The notes: a model not told the origin generated them from the letters alone. A stretch of DNA of 64,000 nucleotides from Octopus sinensis (GCF_006345805.1 NC_043015.1:34658001-34722000); one strand, 5' to 3'. Shown: positions 1 through 13,324, counted from the first letter of the stretch. Numbers and translations are program-made.

Positions 1-1744
1 TCTTTGATCGTGTGATGTGCACTGACAATGACAGTTGGATAAAGTAGTGCCAAGGGATCCAAGTAGAAGGAGCTTTTAGAAGAGCAAAGGTTAATCTCAA
101 GATGCTGAACCTTACAAGAGATGAACAATGGTCCACAAGTGGTGAGATACTGTGAGAAGGAAAACATTTCCAACTCGTGTAAACATGAAAGAAATATGTA
201 AATGATGAAAGAATTAGCCATCCATTGATGAATTCCTTGCATCTTACAAGCTTTAGAATTTTATAAGAAGCAAACTCTATCAGGATTCTACCAAGAGCAT
301 TCAACTATGCAGATAAAAAAAAAAACAGAAGGAATGTTAAACCTAAACTTCAATTAAAAATAAAAGCCCTCAACAGAGTAATTTGTCTGTCATATTTTTA
401 CAAAAAAACAATTCATGGAAATTTGATCATCAATACTTCAGGTCACTTCTTCTATCAAATACATACAAACTAACAAAGACAGACACTGGTTGTATGTAAA
501 CTTGTACAAATAAGAGGCATATTTTTTTCCATTCTGTCAAGCCATTGCTGCACAAAAGCCTGGTTTATCTGAGCTGGTTTTAGGTCTTTTTGTTCTTATA
601 TGAACCAGGAACCAAATTAACAAGGCCATGATACAAACAGTACGTAAATATTTACATCGCATTTTATTCTCACTTGATATATCTCTACTCCTAAAAGGAT
701 TCAAAAACAGAGCCCCCAACACATTCAAACAGCAGCAAACTCAGACAAAACACTCTCACCACCCACTACAAATAAGTTGTTTGAATGAACAATAAGCGTT
801 TTTGAAGATCTGAAACACTAAGAGACCCAGCTCAACTAACACAGAAATAAGACTTATTAGGGAGACAGCATCAATAAAAACTTACGTTAAATATTGCAGG
901 GTCCAAGATAATATAAGCATGAGTGATCAGAGGAGCAAAATACAATCTACATTCAGAAATACTTTTAGACATTTTATGGTAAATTATGGAAAATTTATAT
1001 GAAAAAAGAAAAAAAATATGCAAAAAGTCAAGAATAAAAATTCATTCTACACATACCAAGAGAGATGATTGAGAATGAGGAGTTTAATTAGAGCAGCTGT
1101 CTTTATGTCCAAGTTTCATTAAACACACTAGTGTCTAAGATGGCATCCTGTAAAAGCAAGTGTAGCGACGATTATTGCAATTTTCAGTGATATATCTCTT
1201 CTCATGAATAACACATGCTGTCACACATTCTTGGATACAGAAACAGATACTTACACAAAGCAAAAGTACAGTGTTCAGGGTCAAAACACTATTCTGAATT
1301 CGAGTTTGATTCAATTGATCATACCCTTGAGGTTTTAATTCTAATTTGTGCAAATGTAAGAAGAAACCAAAATGAAATTATTAAAACAGTGAATAATATT
1401 TAGGTCAGTTAAATCAACTTTTACAGTTCATTTCAATTTTCTAAACTGTGTAGTTATACTAATTATACTAACATCAAATCTACTTAATAATAATAAAACT
1501 ATCTTAAATATATAATTATGGCCCCTTTGTCTATTAAATGTGGTAGTTCCATTGCAGAGAAATACTGCTGTGTAGGGACACCATTAGAAAAGAACTGTGC
1601 ACAAAAACTAGCTTCAGCTAGAAAAGAACTTTTTGTAGAATTATTTTGAAAAACTCAAACTGCAAAACACTACCACAAGGTACCATTTTCTCTCTTCATG
1701 TTCACAGAAAATACATTTAGAAATTCTATCGACAAACATTAACT

Positions 1745-2170
1745 TTGCACAATATCTCATCTGACTACCACTACCATCACCACCTAACTAATATCTCATC
1801 AGTAAAGTATAACCACCATACTGTCTCACCTGTACAACAATACCACTTTACTAATACCTCACATGTACAGTATTCCAACATCAATATTTCACCAGGACAG
1901 TATCACAAATGCAATATCTCACCTGTACAGTACCCAAACACCAACAACTCACCTGTAGTATGCCCCAAGTCCAATATCTCACCTACAGAGTACCACAACC
2001 CCAATATCTCACCTGTATAGTGCCCCAACAGCAACATCTCATCTGTACTGTACCTCAACATCTCACCTGTACAATATCCCAACCCCAACATCTCACCTGT
2101 ACAATATCCCAACCCCAACATCTCAGTTGTACAGTACCCCAACACTAATATCTCACACCATCAAATATAA
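1745..2170. repeat. Degenerate 30-nt minisatellite, about 13 units (consensus aatatctcacctgtacagtaccccaacacc)
   Basis: Repeated atatctcacctgta / acatctcacctgta cores visible directly. Confidence 0.92.
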
Positions 2171-2526
2171 ACAAAAACAAACTTTTACATACAAGTTCTT
2201 TTTATAAATAATAAAGGGCTGACATTTCTAGAAACATTCTGTTTATGGACAGTGAAATAAAAATTCTTCATTAAATGACATTTGGAAAGAAATTCTTTAA
2301 AAAATTTGAAGAATATTTCAAAGGGGAGGACAATAGAGTGTGGTTTGTGTGTGGAGGGGTTATTCTTAAATTAATTGTGTCCAATCTGGTAATATTATAT
2401 GCCGGGTTGTATATACAATGATTCTGTGGGTAGTCTTGTAGAATATTTCAAAAGTTTTAACGAGCATCTTTGTAATACTACTTGTTTGAAGCAAGAGAGT
2501 TTGTAACACTGTTATATGCATGTTTC

Positions 2527-2778
2527 TTTATTTTGGTCCCAGATTCAATATGGTAGAGAGGGAAAACAATTTTGAACAGAATTTTGGTCTCAGTTGCAGA
2601 ATAAAAATGTATTAAAATCTGTCTGATAAAGACATCTATAATACATGACTTCAGCAGTGCATAGATCTGGTATCATATACTTATAGGAGTTTATCAATAT
2701 AACACATTACTTCAATGTTATAGCAGTGAATGACCTCATTTATGATATGATCTAAGTGTCAATATATCACTATTTATT
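2527..2778 (-). terminator. Candidate polyadenylation signals (AATAAA at 2532-2527 and 2778-2773)
   Basis: tttatt on the plus strand about 280 and 530 nt downstream of the stop; another occurs at 662-667, so the UTR could be longer. Confidence 0.3.
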
Positions 2779-3055
2779 ATTAAACAATTTTTTCAAATTT
2801 TATGGGGAGGGAGAATATTTTTGCTGTATGTTCAATTTTTTTTCTTCATATAAATAATTTTTGTTGTTTTGGTAAAAAAATTGTTTTGAAAAGTCATCAA
2901 TGTGTTGTACTGAGATGAGCAGAAGATAGAAATAAATAACCTTAGCAAGATGTACCCAATTGAAGGAAACATTAAACAATTTGGTCAGGTAAATATCTAG
3001 ATTGGATGAATATAAATTCTATAAATCACAGCCAAAATGATAATTTGTTAGTGTT

Positions 3056-3628
3056 TCATGTCAAATAATTTCGGACAACTTTTTGAATAGTGCGCCGACA
3101 AATAGGACATTTGTGCCCTTTACGTTTTAATTTCTTTGCACATGTGAGACAACAAATCTGGTGACCAGAGGTACCATGTATTAAAGAAGCATCCCTTGGG
3201 TTTTGTGAACATATCAAACACACTCCTGGTGTAGGGAGTTTCTCTGGTGAAGTTAAACGCCGTATTTTACCAGATATATCACTCTCTTCGGATTCAGATG
3301 TTAATCGTCTTTTCCTGCTGCCAGTTTGGTTTCGTGTTCTTCGTGCTGGAATATCTGTTTCTGAGTAATAACAAATATTAGACAGGGTATTGCGAATTTG
3401 ACACACTTTATCTATTGGATAGTCATCTGATGTCGATGACTTCTCAGTTTTCACGTTCACGCCACTTTCCCCACAATTGGTAAGTTCATCAGTAGATTCT
3501 GTATCTTCATTTGAATTCTTCTGACTGTCGTAATTAGGGAGCCAGCCAGGCCGTATGGTCCAACATATATCACAGAGTCGATGTATAGGAGAATTATAAG
3601 CATGACATTTGGAGCAGCACCATTTGTC
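3056..3628 (-). CDS. mdm2: Terminal coding exon: RanBP2-type zinc finger (DKWCCSKCHAYNSPIHRLCDICWTIRPGWL) plus C2H2C4 RING (CLICSQNPRDASLIHGTSGHQICCLTCAKKLKRKGHKCPICRRTIQKVVRNYLT*)
   Basis: Acceptor ttttcttttcag at 3629-3630, 573 nt, TGA at 3056-3058. The W-x-C-x2-C-x3-N-x6-C-x2-C finger and the Mdm-type RING ligand spacing are seen directly. Confidence 0.97.
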   Translation of the reverse strand, partial: DKWCCSKCHAYNSPIHRLCDICWTIRPGWLPNYDSQKNSNEDTESTDELTNCGESGVNVKTEKSSTSDDYPIDKVCQIRNTLSNICYYSETDIPARRTRNQTGSRKRRLTSESEESDISGKIRRLTSPEKLPTPGVCLICSQNPRDASLIHGTSGHQICCLTCAKKLKRKGHKCPICRRTIQKVVRNYLT

Positions 3629-4050
3629 CTGAAAAGAAAAAGAAAAAAAACATGAAAATATGTTGAAATGTGTAACAAAGGGTGAAATGGGAACCAGATG
3701 TTATGATCTGCCAAACTAAGATATGCCTGTGTAAAGTTTGATCTATCAAACACCAGTTCTCCTATAACTTTACAACCCACCACCTCATTCTCTAGGCTAC
3801 TATTAACTCATGTCACAACTTATCTGGAACAAATTTCTATAATAAACGGTCATCTCTACTTTTAGTTTTATATATTTTGTGAACAATGGTGTTTTTGGTT
3901 ATAGATTTCCAACTGGTTCACAGTAAAGAGTGTGTAACTTGGACAGACCAAAATATCACAAGGAATTTTTGTTAGAAAGCAAAGGATTAGCATTTTTTTG
4001 GTAATATTTACAACTTTCATAACTACACATTACTAAAGGATATACATAAA

Positions 4051-4092
<42 letters not shown>

Positions 4093-4099
4093 ATATACA

Positions 4100-4195
4100 A
4101 AGGTGCAGACATGGCTATGTGGTAAGAAGTTTGCTTCCCAACCATATGGTTCTGAGTTCAGTCCCACTGCATGTACATTCTTGTACTTGTGGTGA
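4100..4195 (+). mobile_element. tRNA-like SINE head (gtggtaagaagtttgcttcccaaccat...gttcagtcccactg); copies at about 7870, 16730, 36400, 57985 and 63520
   Basis: Recurring A-box/B-box-like sequence in both orientations. Confidence 0.75.
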
Positions 4196-6005
4196 CATTC
4201 ATCCGGTGGAGTTGAGCTGGCTTTGACCAAGTTCACCACATCTCTCACAAATGCTGACCACATCCAATGGTCAGCCCTAATGTTCTAGCAGACAAACTAA
4301 TGCATCTATCAACAGCCTAAAAATTCTGCTTGCAAATTTGACAGATGCCCCACTGGGAGAGCAGCAGAGCCAGAGACATTTGTTGTTCAGAGTTTCAGGG
4401 GAATACAATGTGGTCTCCAATCACATGCATACACATTTTGGGATAGTGTGATCCATAGCAGCTCATCTTACTATCAATTGTTGACCATTGTAGAGTGTCC
4501 ACTGACTAAATCAGCAAATGTAGCCTGGTTTTTAAGTGGATGTTACACATGTTCGTTAACAGTAACGGGGTCAACTGGGATCCCAACAGGTGTTACTACA
4601 CTGGGTCAGGGTAGACCTGGGATTAATAGTGGCAAGAAGGGGTTCCACACTCCTCAAAACCCTGGAAATCCTGTATCAAGGCCCCACTATCAGATACAGT
4701 TTAAAGTCTTACTCAAGACATTGAAAGTGGTTTGTTGTTATACATATAAACCTACACAGAAAACATACGAACATGTCATATTTACCTATCTCTGTAGCTT
4801 AAAAAAAAAGATGAACACCCTTAATCGATTTTTGAACTGCACTCTTCAAAACTTGCACTAAGAATAAGTACAAGGCAAAATTTATATCTACTTTTATAGC
4901 AAGTTGATGCAGGTAGTTTATCCCCTCCTCTCCGACTTATAGTTCATGCAATTGAAAAGACTGCATTATTTATGGGCTGACCCAATATATAGTCATACAC
5001 CAATATCTCCAACACCTAGCTCCATTGTCATGTCTATTTCACCTGACAGCTCCATCTAGGGCAACCCACATGCATCATATAGCCTCAAACACACATACAA
5101 GCACCCTTACACGCATAATTATGTACAAACACAAAATATACATACACATATCAACTTCATACACACCATCTGAAAAGAGGGACATTCACACTCACATATA
5201 TACACATATGCACATATTAGTGTCACACACATGCATATATCTGACTGCCACTTACACACACACACACGCTCACATAATCTTCATGCCCACATTTTCTTGC
5301 CTACACATACACACATATATACACATGTACATTATCCTTCACATACTCACACATGCCCCTACGCACAAACACTTCAGCCAGTTTACTGCTGTCTCCCCTG
5401 CCACCCACATCTCCAACCACTTCCTTATCAGTTCAACAGGTGCAACTGCTAATTCAGACACATTTTTTTCCTCTCCTCATTTCTTTCTGTGGAAGAGAGT
5501 ACGCTTGAGAGAGACTTCTTCCATTTGCCCCAAGTATCAAACTGATACACTGATCTTTGTTATTTGCATAATTTTGAACCATATATCATCATCATCAACA
5601 TCATCCATTTTCCATGGTGGATGGCCTGGATGGCTTGACAAGAGCTGGTAAGCCAGAGGACTGCACCAAGTTCCACTGTCCATTTTGGTATGGTTTTTAC
5701 AGCTGGATGCCCTTCCTATGCCAACCGTTTTACAGGGTGGACTGGGTGTGTTTTATCATAGTTATGCACACACACACACACGTATATATAGGCCCACATA
5801 CCCTATTACTGTAAAATGAACTTCCTAACTACACAGCAATGGTTGCAGTCAAGCTGACAGATGTATTAGAAGAAATAACAAATTCTGTCACAAACAAGAT
5901 GAACACAATAGAAGGTAAGGGACAAGGTTTGGATTATTTCTATAGATACTCCAGCCACACATACAACATTGATAATACACACTTGCAAGAAACAGGAGTA
6001 CTCAC

Positions 6006-6098
6006 AGCTTCAGATAGCTCCACATCAGAGTCAGAGCCATTTTCACTGAGATCAGCCCAGAATTCCATATCACTGTCTTGACATATCACCAACATGTC
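6006..6098 (-). CDS. mdm2: Acidic-domain exon DMLVICQDSDMEFWADLSENGSDSDVELSEA
   Basis: ttttcag acceptor, GTGAGT donor, 93 nt, phase 0-0. The junction ELSEA/DKWCC parallels vertebrate EISLA/DYWKC. Confidence 0.92.
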
Positions 6099-6399
6099 CT
6101 GAAAATAAATTAACAATAAAATAAAAAAAAATGATGGTTTCAAATTTTGACAGAAATCCAGTAATTTTCTTTGGAGATGGGGATTAGTCATTGCTCAGCT
6201 GGAACTTATTCTATTGATCCCAAAACGATGAAAGACCAAGTCAACCTCAGGCTAATTAGAACTCCGAACATAAAGAACCTGAAGAAACGCCACTGAGCAT
6301 TTTATCCAACAAGCTAACAATCCTGCCATCACACTACCTTAATAATAATAATAATAACAATACAAGACCAACAGTTTTGAGTAGAGGGGGTTAGTCAAT

Positions 6400-7010
6400 T
6401 ATGTCAACCTCGGTGCTTGACTAATATGTTGGTCCAGTAACTGAAATTGCTACTAGCCAACATGGACTTGCTTCCCCAGGTACCAAGTTGCAAGCCCACC
6501 AACTTGACCTGGTAATCTTTCAGTATAGTGTCACTCGCTTCTATATCCAGTGTCTAGCACCATGATAGTGACATCCACATATGCCAATACAGCTCTTCTG
6601 GGACCCAATTCAGGTGGGATAGCCTTCAAACTCTATATCCTCTTCAACAAAAGTCCTAGGGCCAAAATACGGGAGAAGAGAAAGTGGGGGGCATTCTGGA
6701 TGAACTAACCATTCAGTGCTAACTGGTTCTGAGAGGTGGCTGTTGAATTTGACCACTAAACAGATACTACTTTACTATTGCTATGGTCATTGGCATACAA
6801 AGTAGGAGTGACAAGTACATTTTCTTTTACAACAACTCCTCCATTTACATTTGAACTTGTGTTGGTCATCTTTTGAGAAAAATACATAGCTGAAAATTTT
6901 CTAGAATCAATGACCAACTGTTCATCCATTCCAGTTGGGGCTGGACATTTTCTGTGGAAATCCAGATACATCCACAAACCATTCATCAGAATATCAATGG
7001 TCATAGATGA
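6400..7010 (-). mobile_element. Degenerate retroelement remnant
   Basis: Broken coding-like frames lacking splice sites; family uncertain. Confidence 0.35.
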
Positions 7011-7622
7011 CAAAAGAAGGGTAAATATAGAGAGAAAAAAAAGTGATGTTTCAAAGAGGAATACCAGTCATAAAGCTAATGGTTTCTAATATAAGCTCAA
7101 GGCCAACAATGTTGAGAGTAGTCAACACCATCTACTCCAATACTTAACTGGTACTTCTCTTTATCAAACCAGGAAGGATGAAAGACAAAGTTAACTTCAG
7201 CAGGATTTGAACTCAGAACATGGAGAACTGGAACAAATACTGCAAAGCCTATTTACAAGTGTTCTAATGAGTCTGCCACATTAATAATAATAATCTTTAA
7301 CAAGTGACACAAGCCACATAATTGAAGAGAGGGAACAATAACATAAATACACACAAATACATCATCATTTAATATCTGTCTTTAGTGCTGGCATGGATGG
7401 ACAGTTTGAGAGGATCCAATGGCAGACAGTCTCCTGCTTCGGTGTCTGCTTTGGCATCGTTTCTACAGCCTGCTTTTCTTAATGCCAACCACTTAACTGA
7501 GTGTGTTGGGGTGTTTTTCATGGAGCCAACATTAGTGTGGTCAGCATGCAACTTGTGAGACTGAAAAGGATCTGACAGGTTTGAGGACTGCCTCAAGAAT
7601 GGAAAGATAGAAAATAGGTTAC

Positions 7623-7727
7623 CATAGCTACTTGTGGTTGTTCGTCTTCACTGTCGGAGGCTTGAACACTTGATGTATTGGACATAACTTCATACTCTAC
7701 ATAGACATCTTCCACTGGGTCTTCACT
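7623..7727 (-). CDS. mdm2: Acidic-domain exon SEDPVEDVYVEYEVMSNTSSVQASDSEDEQPQVAM
   Basis: ctctttcag acceptor, GTAACC donor, 105 nt, phase 0-0. VEYEV matches the conserved Mdm2 VEFEV motif. Confidence 0.92.
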
Positions 7728-8349
7728 CTGAAAGAGATGATAACATTGATCCACACATTAAAAAATATTTACTGAGAAAATAACTTCATTTCTCTACCAC
7801 ACATTCAATTCTATACATGTAATATTGTTCTGTTATAGAGAGATCTATTGTATTAAGCAACAATTAATCCCCAGTAAATCTGGTAAGACATTTGCTTCCC
7901 AACCACACGGTTTCGAGTTCAGTCCCACTGCATGGCCCTTCAGTTGAGTGTTGTTTACTATATCCCCGAACCAACCAAAGTCTTGTGAATGAATTTGGTA
8001 GATAGAAACTAAAAGAAGCTCACAGTGTGTATATACATACATACAGACACACACACATATGTACATGTATACTTGTATATCTAACAGCTGTTTCTATATA
8101 TGTATACCTATGTGTGTATGTTATATATCTATGTGTTTGTGTCTGTACCCTACCACTACTTGACAACTGGTGTTTGTTTGTTTATGTCCATATAACTTAT
8201 CAGTCCTGCAAAAAGAAACCACTCAATTAAGTATCAAGCTTAAAAAGGAAAAAGTAGCGGGATCATTTCATTCAACTAAAAACCCTTCCAGGCAGTACCA
8301 CAGAATGGCTGCAGTCCAATAACTGAAACAAGTGTAAGACAAAACATAC

Positions 8350-8426
8350 ACGCACATATATATATATATATATACACCTACATATGCACACACACACACA
8401 CACATATATATACACACCTACATATG

Positions 8427-8460
<34 letters not shown>

Positions 8461-8588
8461 CACCTACATATGCACACACACACACACACACATATATATA
8501 CACCTACATATGCACACACACACACATATATATACACCTACATATGCACACACACACACACACACATATATATACACACCTACATATG

Positions 8589-8622
<34 letters not shown>

Positions 8623-8745
8623 CACCTACATATGCACCACACACACATATATATACACCTACATATGCACACACACACATATATATACACCTACATATGC
8701 ACACACACACACACACATATACAAATATATATATATATATATATG
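8350..8745. repeat. Compound minisatellite cacctacatatg(ca)n(ta)n
   Basis: About 10 units visible; source of spurious H/T/Y/I ORFs. Confidence 0.95.
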
Positions 8746-9599
8746 CTAGCAGAAACACCCTTCATTGACTGAGTTAAAAAAAACTGCCAAAATTGTACTA
8801 TGAATATATTTAGATTGTATTGAACATATATAAGGAATGGTTGTTAACTTTCATGTAAACGATAGAGCTGTTTTCTTCTGGTCGATATTATCATGGATGT
8901 ATTTAGACTTCTGATCTATGATCTATAGTATTTCAGTCTACAAATGAAACAAACATCACACAGACTTTGGCTTATGTCTAGTACAAGTAAATAAATGTTT
9001 GAGGAAAACTAAAAACATATTTACTACAATTTATTGAACTTAAGTATTACAACAAGCAAAAATACAAATGACTTTTCTTAGATGAATATAGTGTGACACT
9101 GACAATATCAGTTCAAAGTTATTAATCATTCTGCAAATGTTAGTTTGGTGATCCCATGCTAAAAACTTATAAACAATGTTTCAGGTTTTACCAGTTGGGG
9201 AAGAAATGAAAAGATTGCACCCCACAGTCCTCCTCTAATTGCAAACCAGCAACTTCCAAAGTCTGACCAAAAGACAGGCGTATTGGAAATTGAAGTCATT
9301 TGAACTGGAAAGGTATATTGGGAGGTATTAAAAGTAAATGAGGAATAAAAAAATCTTTCATAAAAGAGATTTCAAACATGCTTTCAATTCATTTGCCTTT
9401 GTTCCCCTGGGAATCACTGGTAAAGTTAATCTGAAATCACCTGAAAGTACTACTGTCACACCTTGCATCAAACAATTGGAAATGCACAAATCCTGCAGTA
9501 TCCTGTTAATAGCTTCTACTGATTTTTTTATGGGACATTGTATCTTCGTCCCATATGATCAAAGAAAATTTCATGAGAACATGAACTAAAGAAGAACTT

Positions 9600-10500
9600 T
9601 TACTAATATTGCACACATTTTAATCCTTTGAAGTTAGATTGAATGGCAGGGTGAATGCTGTGTGAGCTGTTCGACCTCCTGGGAGTAAAGGGTCAGCAAT
9701 TCCAGAGCTCACTACAGCTAAGGCTAGTTCCTTTTTCTCTTTTTCTGCCAGACTTTGGCTGGCACTAAACTTGTAACAAAGGTTTCCCCAGTGCCTCCTG
9801 GTGCATCTAAAAAATATAATCCTCCTCTCTTATGTGTCACTTGGTCAATGATTATTGTATTTGCAAGTCGTTGGTTTGGCAAAAGTTTCGGGACATTTTC
9901 CTCAAGGAATCTGGTTAAGGAATCAATATCATATGAAGCTTCTCGCAAAATTTCTGTGATCAAATTCTTCACCTCATTTCGATGAATTTCAGGTAAGCCA
10001 AACTTGCTAATCTCCTCTCCTCCCATTCAGACAACACTATCTTCAATGTCAACCTATGCAGAATGATAGATGGCATTGTTCAATGTTATTACTCTCTCAG
10101 GGAATCTGAATTGTGTGAGATATTTATAGTCTTCTGATAAACCATTCTTACATTTGTGCCACAACGCTAATGGATTACTTACTTCACAATTCAGAAGAAT
10201 TGCAAAAAGATCTCCGAAAGAAATAGGTGTGTGTGTGTGACACTGAAAGCTCAGCCATTGTTCTATCCGACTGATGGTCATCTAACGAACGTAAGGCTAA
10301 AAGGCTTCTGCATAAGTATGAAAAGTTTGACCATCAATGATGCTTAGGAAGGAAAAGGAAGCCAGTCCTCTTATTTCATGAAGAAGCAGCCTCAAAGAGA
10401 AACAGTCAGAGTGACTTGGATGCACAAAGTCTTCTGATTGTCGAGTCAAATAATTTTATACTTGGATGACCCTCAACGTCAGCTCCTCTTCTTTTTACAG
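9600..10500 (-). mobile_element. Decayed Helitron Rep/PIF1-helicase fragment
   Basis: FLDAPGGTGETF (Walker A, GxT mutated) and VHPSHSDCFSLRLLLHEIRG motifs typical of Helitron RepHel; frameshifted. Confidence 0.8.
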
Positions 10501-10839
10501 CAATATCAAGTAATAGCAGTTATTCCACTTATACACACACACAACGACCCACATGTTATCATGTTATCATTACATTACATATATGGCATACCTACAGAAG
10601 AGTGCCCCCCACCAAATCTGTTTCTTCCTGTTAACAAAAGTAGCCATACATAACTAGGAAGTTAACATTACTACTGTCCTCCTTATATTTGAGACTCTGC
10701 CATTCTTCAATGAAGAACTTTTCAGTATGTTTAGACTATATCCTGGAGAACATTTCATTATACTTGCAATTGTACCATTTCTGAATGACAAAAAAAAACA
10801 ATGTGAAAAGCAATTTTAAAAGAATGAAATTCTTCCTAC

Positions 10840-10934
10840 TTCAATACTCAATACTTCATTTTCATTATTCACTTCCAGAGTCAAGGTAAAGCTGGTCGAT
10901 GGGGAACAGCTGGTTGAAGCCCTCAACGACTCTT
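10840..10934 (-). CDS. mdm2: Central exon (E)ESLRASTSCSPSTSFTLTLEVNNENEVLSIE
   Basis: Strong acceptor tttttttcatctctcttcag; phase-1 entry fits the upstream exon. The donor is ambiguous (GTAGGA chosen; GTATTG and GTGAAT are also phase 0). Confidence 0.7.
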
Positions 10935-12229
10935 CTGAAGAGAGATGAAAAAAACAATAGATATATGCAAACTTTTACTTGGAAGGTAAGAAAAATATAG
11001 AATGTACAACTTTGAAAGAGGTTAGTGAAGGTGAGAGAATGATGAAGAAAGCATTGATCCAACATGTCACACGCCATCTTCTGTGTCTCCATAGATGCAA
11101 TGAACCATTAACTGAGCCTTCATACACAAACATCATCGACTCAACTTTGAACTCAAAACTATTTTATCGTTGGTTACTCAACAAAATATTAAAAAAATTG
11201 TTTGCCTTTTATTTTGTTTTTAATGTTTCCTAATTAGTGAAGTTAATTTGGCTTATTAAATATGTGAGCTAGCTGTTATATGCAAACCCAGGTTTATATG
11301 AAAAACTAAATCAGTTACAGAAAAACTGAAATACAATAAAAAAAAATATCCAAAAACCAAAATTATGTCATTTTATTGCAAGTTAATGTTCAGTCACATA
11401 CAGGCTAACTATGATGGGGTATACCTATGACCAAAACCTTTCCAAATGTGACCATCCTGTCCCATTACAAGTATCCAGAATTACTTGTTATTTCTACCAG
11501 ATCAAACACCTGTGTAATGGTTCACTCATAGGCTCTCTTGATGGTTAGATGGTTATAGCATTTAGTTTTAGTATTGGCTATAGTAATAAGAATTGGTAGT
11601 AGCTACAGTAGTTAGTTTTGGTCATCATTATAGTTAGTGGTTGCAGTAGTGCTAGTAGCTATAACAGTTAGTGTTGGTGGTTATTATAATTAGTGTAGTA
11701 TAACCAACAATTCAGCTCTGATAAAAGTAGTGTATGTCATCTAGATAAACACCAAATCACTAAAAACCCTCCACAATCAAGCAGATATATTTATTGTTTC
11801 AGGTGTATTGTACCAGCAACTAGCTGAACAGCACACTGCATGATCCAGCATGCAGTGTTGCAGTCCTGACATGTCTTGTTGCTTTTTCTGTCCAATGTAT
11901 TAGTGTGTACCAAGAGACTTTATGCAGTGTTTAAGCATACAGGCCAGATATTGATCATAGCAGAAGTGTGTAAAGTTACAGTATAACTGGAACTATGAAT
12001 CTGTACTTGTTTACTTCAGAATTGGAGGTTTAAGATTTTGTCTACACATGTTTCTTTGATCAGTTGTGTGGCACTTGACTGACAATCCAGCTATGACCAT
12101 CCTGTTCTCTTTTTATATTCAAAACTGACTTACCCAGTATATTTATTTATTTTTAAGATGAATGTTGAAGATTGTGAACTTTGTTCAATGAAAAGTAGAG
12201 AGATGATGGTTTGGAATTGAGCTACAAAC

Positions 12230-12365
12230 CTAATAATGAAGAACTTGTTTGTGTGGTCGTGGTCTCTGAGGTGCTACTGGTAATGTCCGAAGGTGTAGAT
12301 TGCATTTGGCCAGGAGCAGAAGAATGAGAAGTCAGACGGCTATTTGTATCTAGCATTTCTTTTAG
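12230..12365 (-). CDS. mdm2: Ser/Thr-rich exon LKEMLDTNSRLTSHSSAPGQMQSTPSDITSSTSETTTTQTSSSLL(E)
   Basis: ttctttctttacaattcaatag acceptor, GTTTGT donor, 136 nt, phase 0-1, open; it links the flanking exons in frame. Confidence 0.8.
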
Positions 12366-12409
12366 CTATTGAATTGTAAAGAAAGAAACCAAGTTTTTAT
12401 AACAGGTGA

Positions 12410-12870
12410 CAGGTTTATTAACATATTTCAGCAAAGCACAGTCATTAACATTTCACAATGTGACAGTAATAAACGTATCACAGTGTGATATGATTATTAA
12501 AACATGCCGAGTTCAAATTCTGCCAAGGTTCACTTTAGTTTCATCCCTTCGGGGTTGATAATAAGTACCAGTTGGGCACTGGAGTCGATGTAATCAACTT
12601 AACCCTCCCCTGAACTTGCTGGCCTTGTGTCAAAAATTTGAAATCAGTATATCACAAGAAGACATGATTAAATATCATAACATGACACAATTATTAATAT
12701 ATCATAATGTAACATAATAACATGTTACATGACAGTTAACATGTCACAGCTAACATACCTCAACTTGACATAGTTATTAACATATATCAACACAATACAA
12801 TTATTAACATACAATAGTATGACATGGTTCTTAACATATCACAACATATTCAACTTGGCAAACTGAAATG
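12410..12870. repeat. Degenerate roughly 30-bp minisatellite (ttattaacat.. units) split by a SINE at about 12505-12645
   Basis: Units are present on both sides of the SINE. Confidence 0.6.
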
Positions 12871-13324
12871 TCACTGCAATTATTTCAGAAATTTGGCAAG
12901 AGTAATATTTTCAAATATTGATAGTGACAAGTGATGACAGAATATTGCAATAATATATCAAATAGTGTAAAATGATGACAGGGTATTACAATAACATTGA
13001 TCTTTATAAAATCTAATCAAATCTTTCCTATATTCAATTAACGTTAAATTATCTCTACCTCAAAGTGTCTCAAATAGTCACTATTACTGATATTATTATC
13101 ATCACTGTCCTGTAATCAAAGACTTGGTATTTGAATTGGCAATGCCATCAGTTAATTCCTCTCTAAGCAGTCCTTTAACTAAATTTATGTGAGGTAAAAA
13201 CAAAGTAGTTAAGCCAGAACAGATGCATTGCATGTAAGAGGCATCAACTACTGTTCAAAGAATCTATAAACAAGCTTGTGTTCTGGAAATAGAATTATAA
13301 TAATAATAGCAATATAAATCTCAC

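Noticed and set aside
537-728. 63-aa minus-strand ORF with a hydrophobic segment
   Set aside because: No recognisable family; lies in AT-rich, UTR-like sequence; short ORFs of this size arise by chance.
10592-10627. Possible small exon EETDL(VGGTLL*) after EVLSIE
   Set aside because: The strong donor version ends in an in-frame TAG; the 15-nt version needs a weak GTGGGG donor.
10865-11092. ORF-track frame RRVVEGFNQLFPIDQLYLDSGSE overlapping the central exon
   Set aside because: Wrong phase for the flanking exons; it leads to stops.
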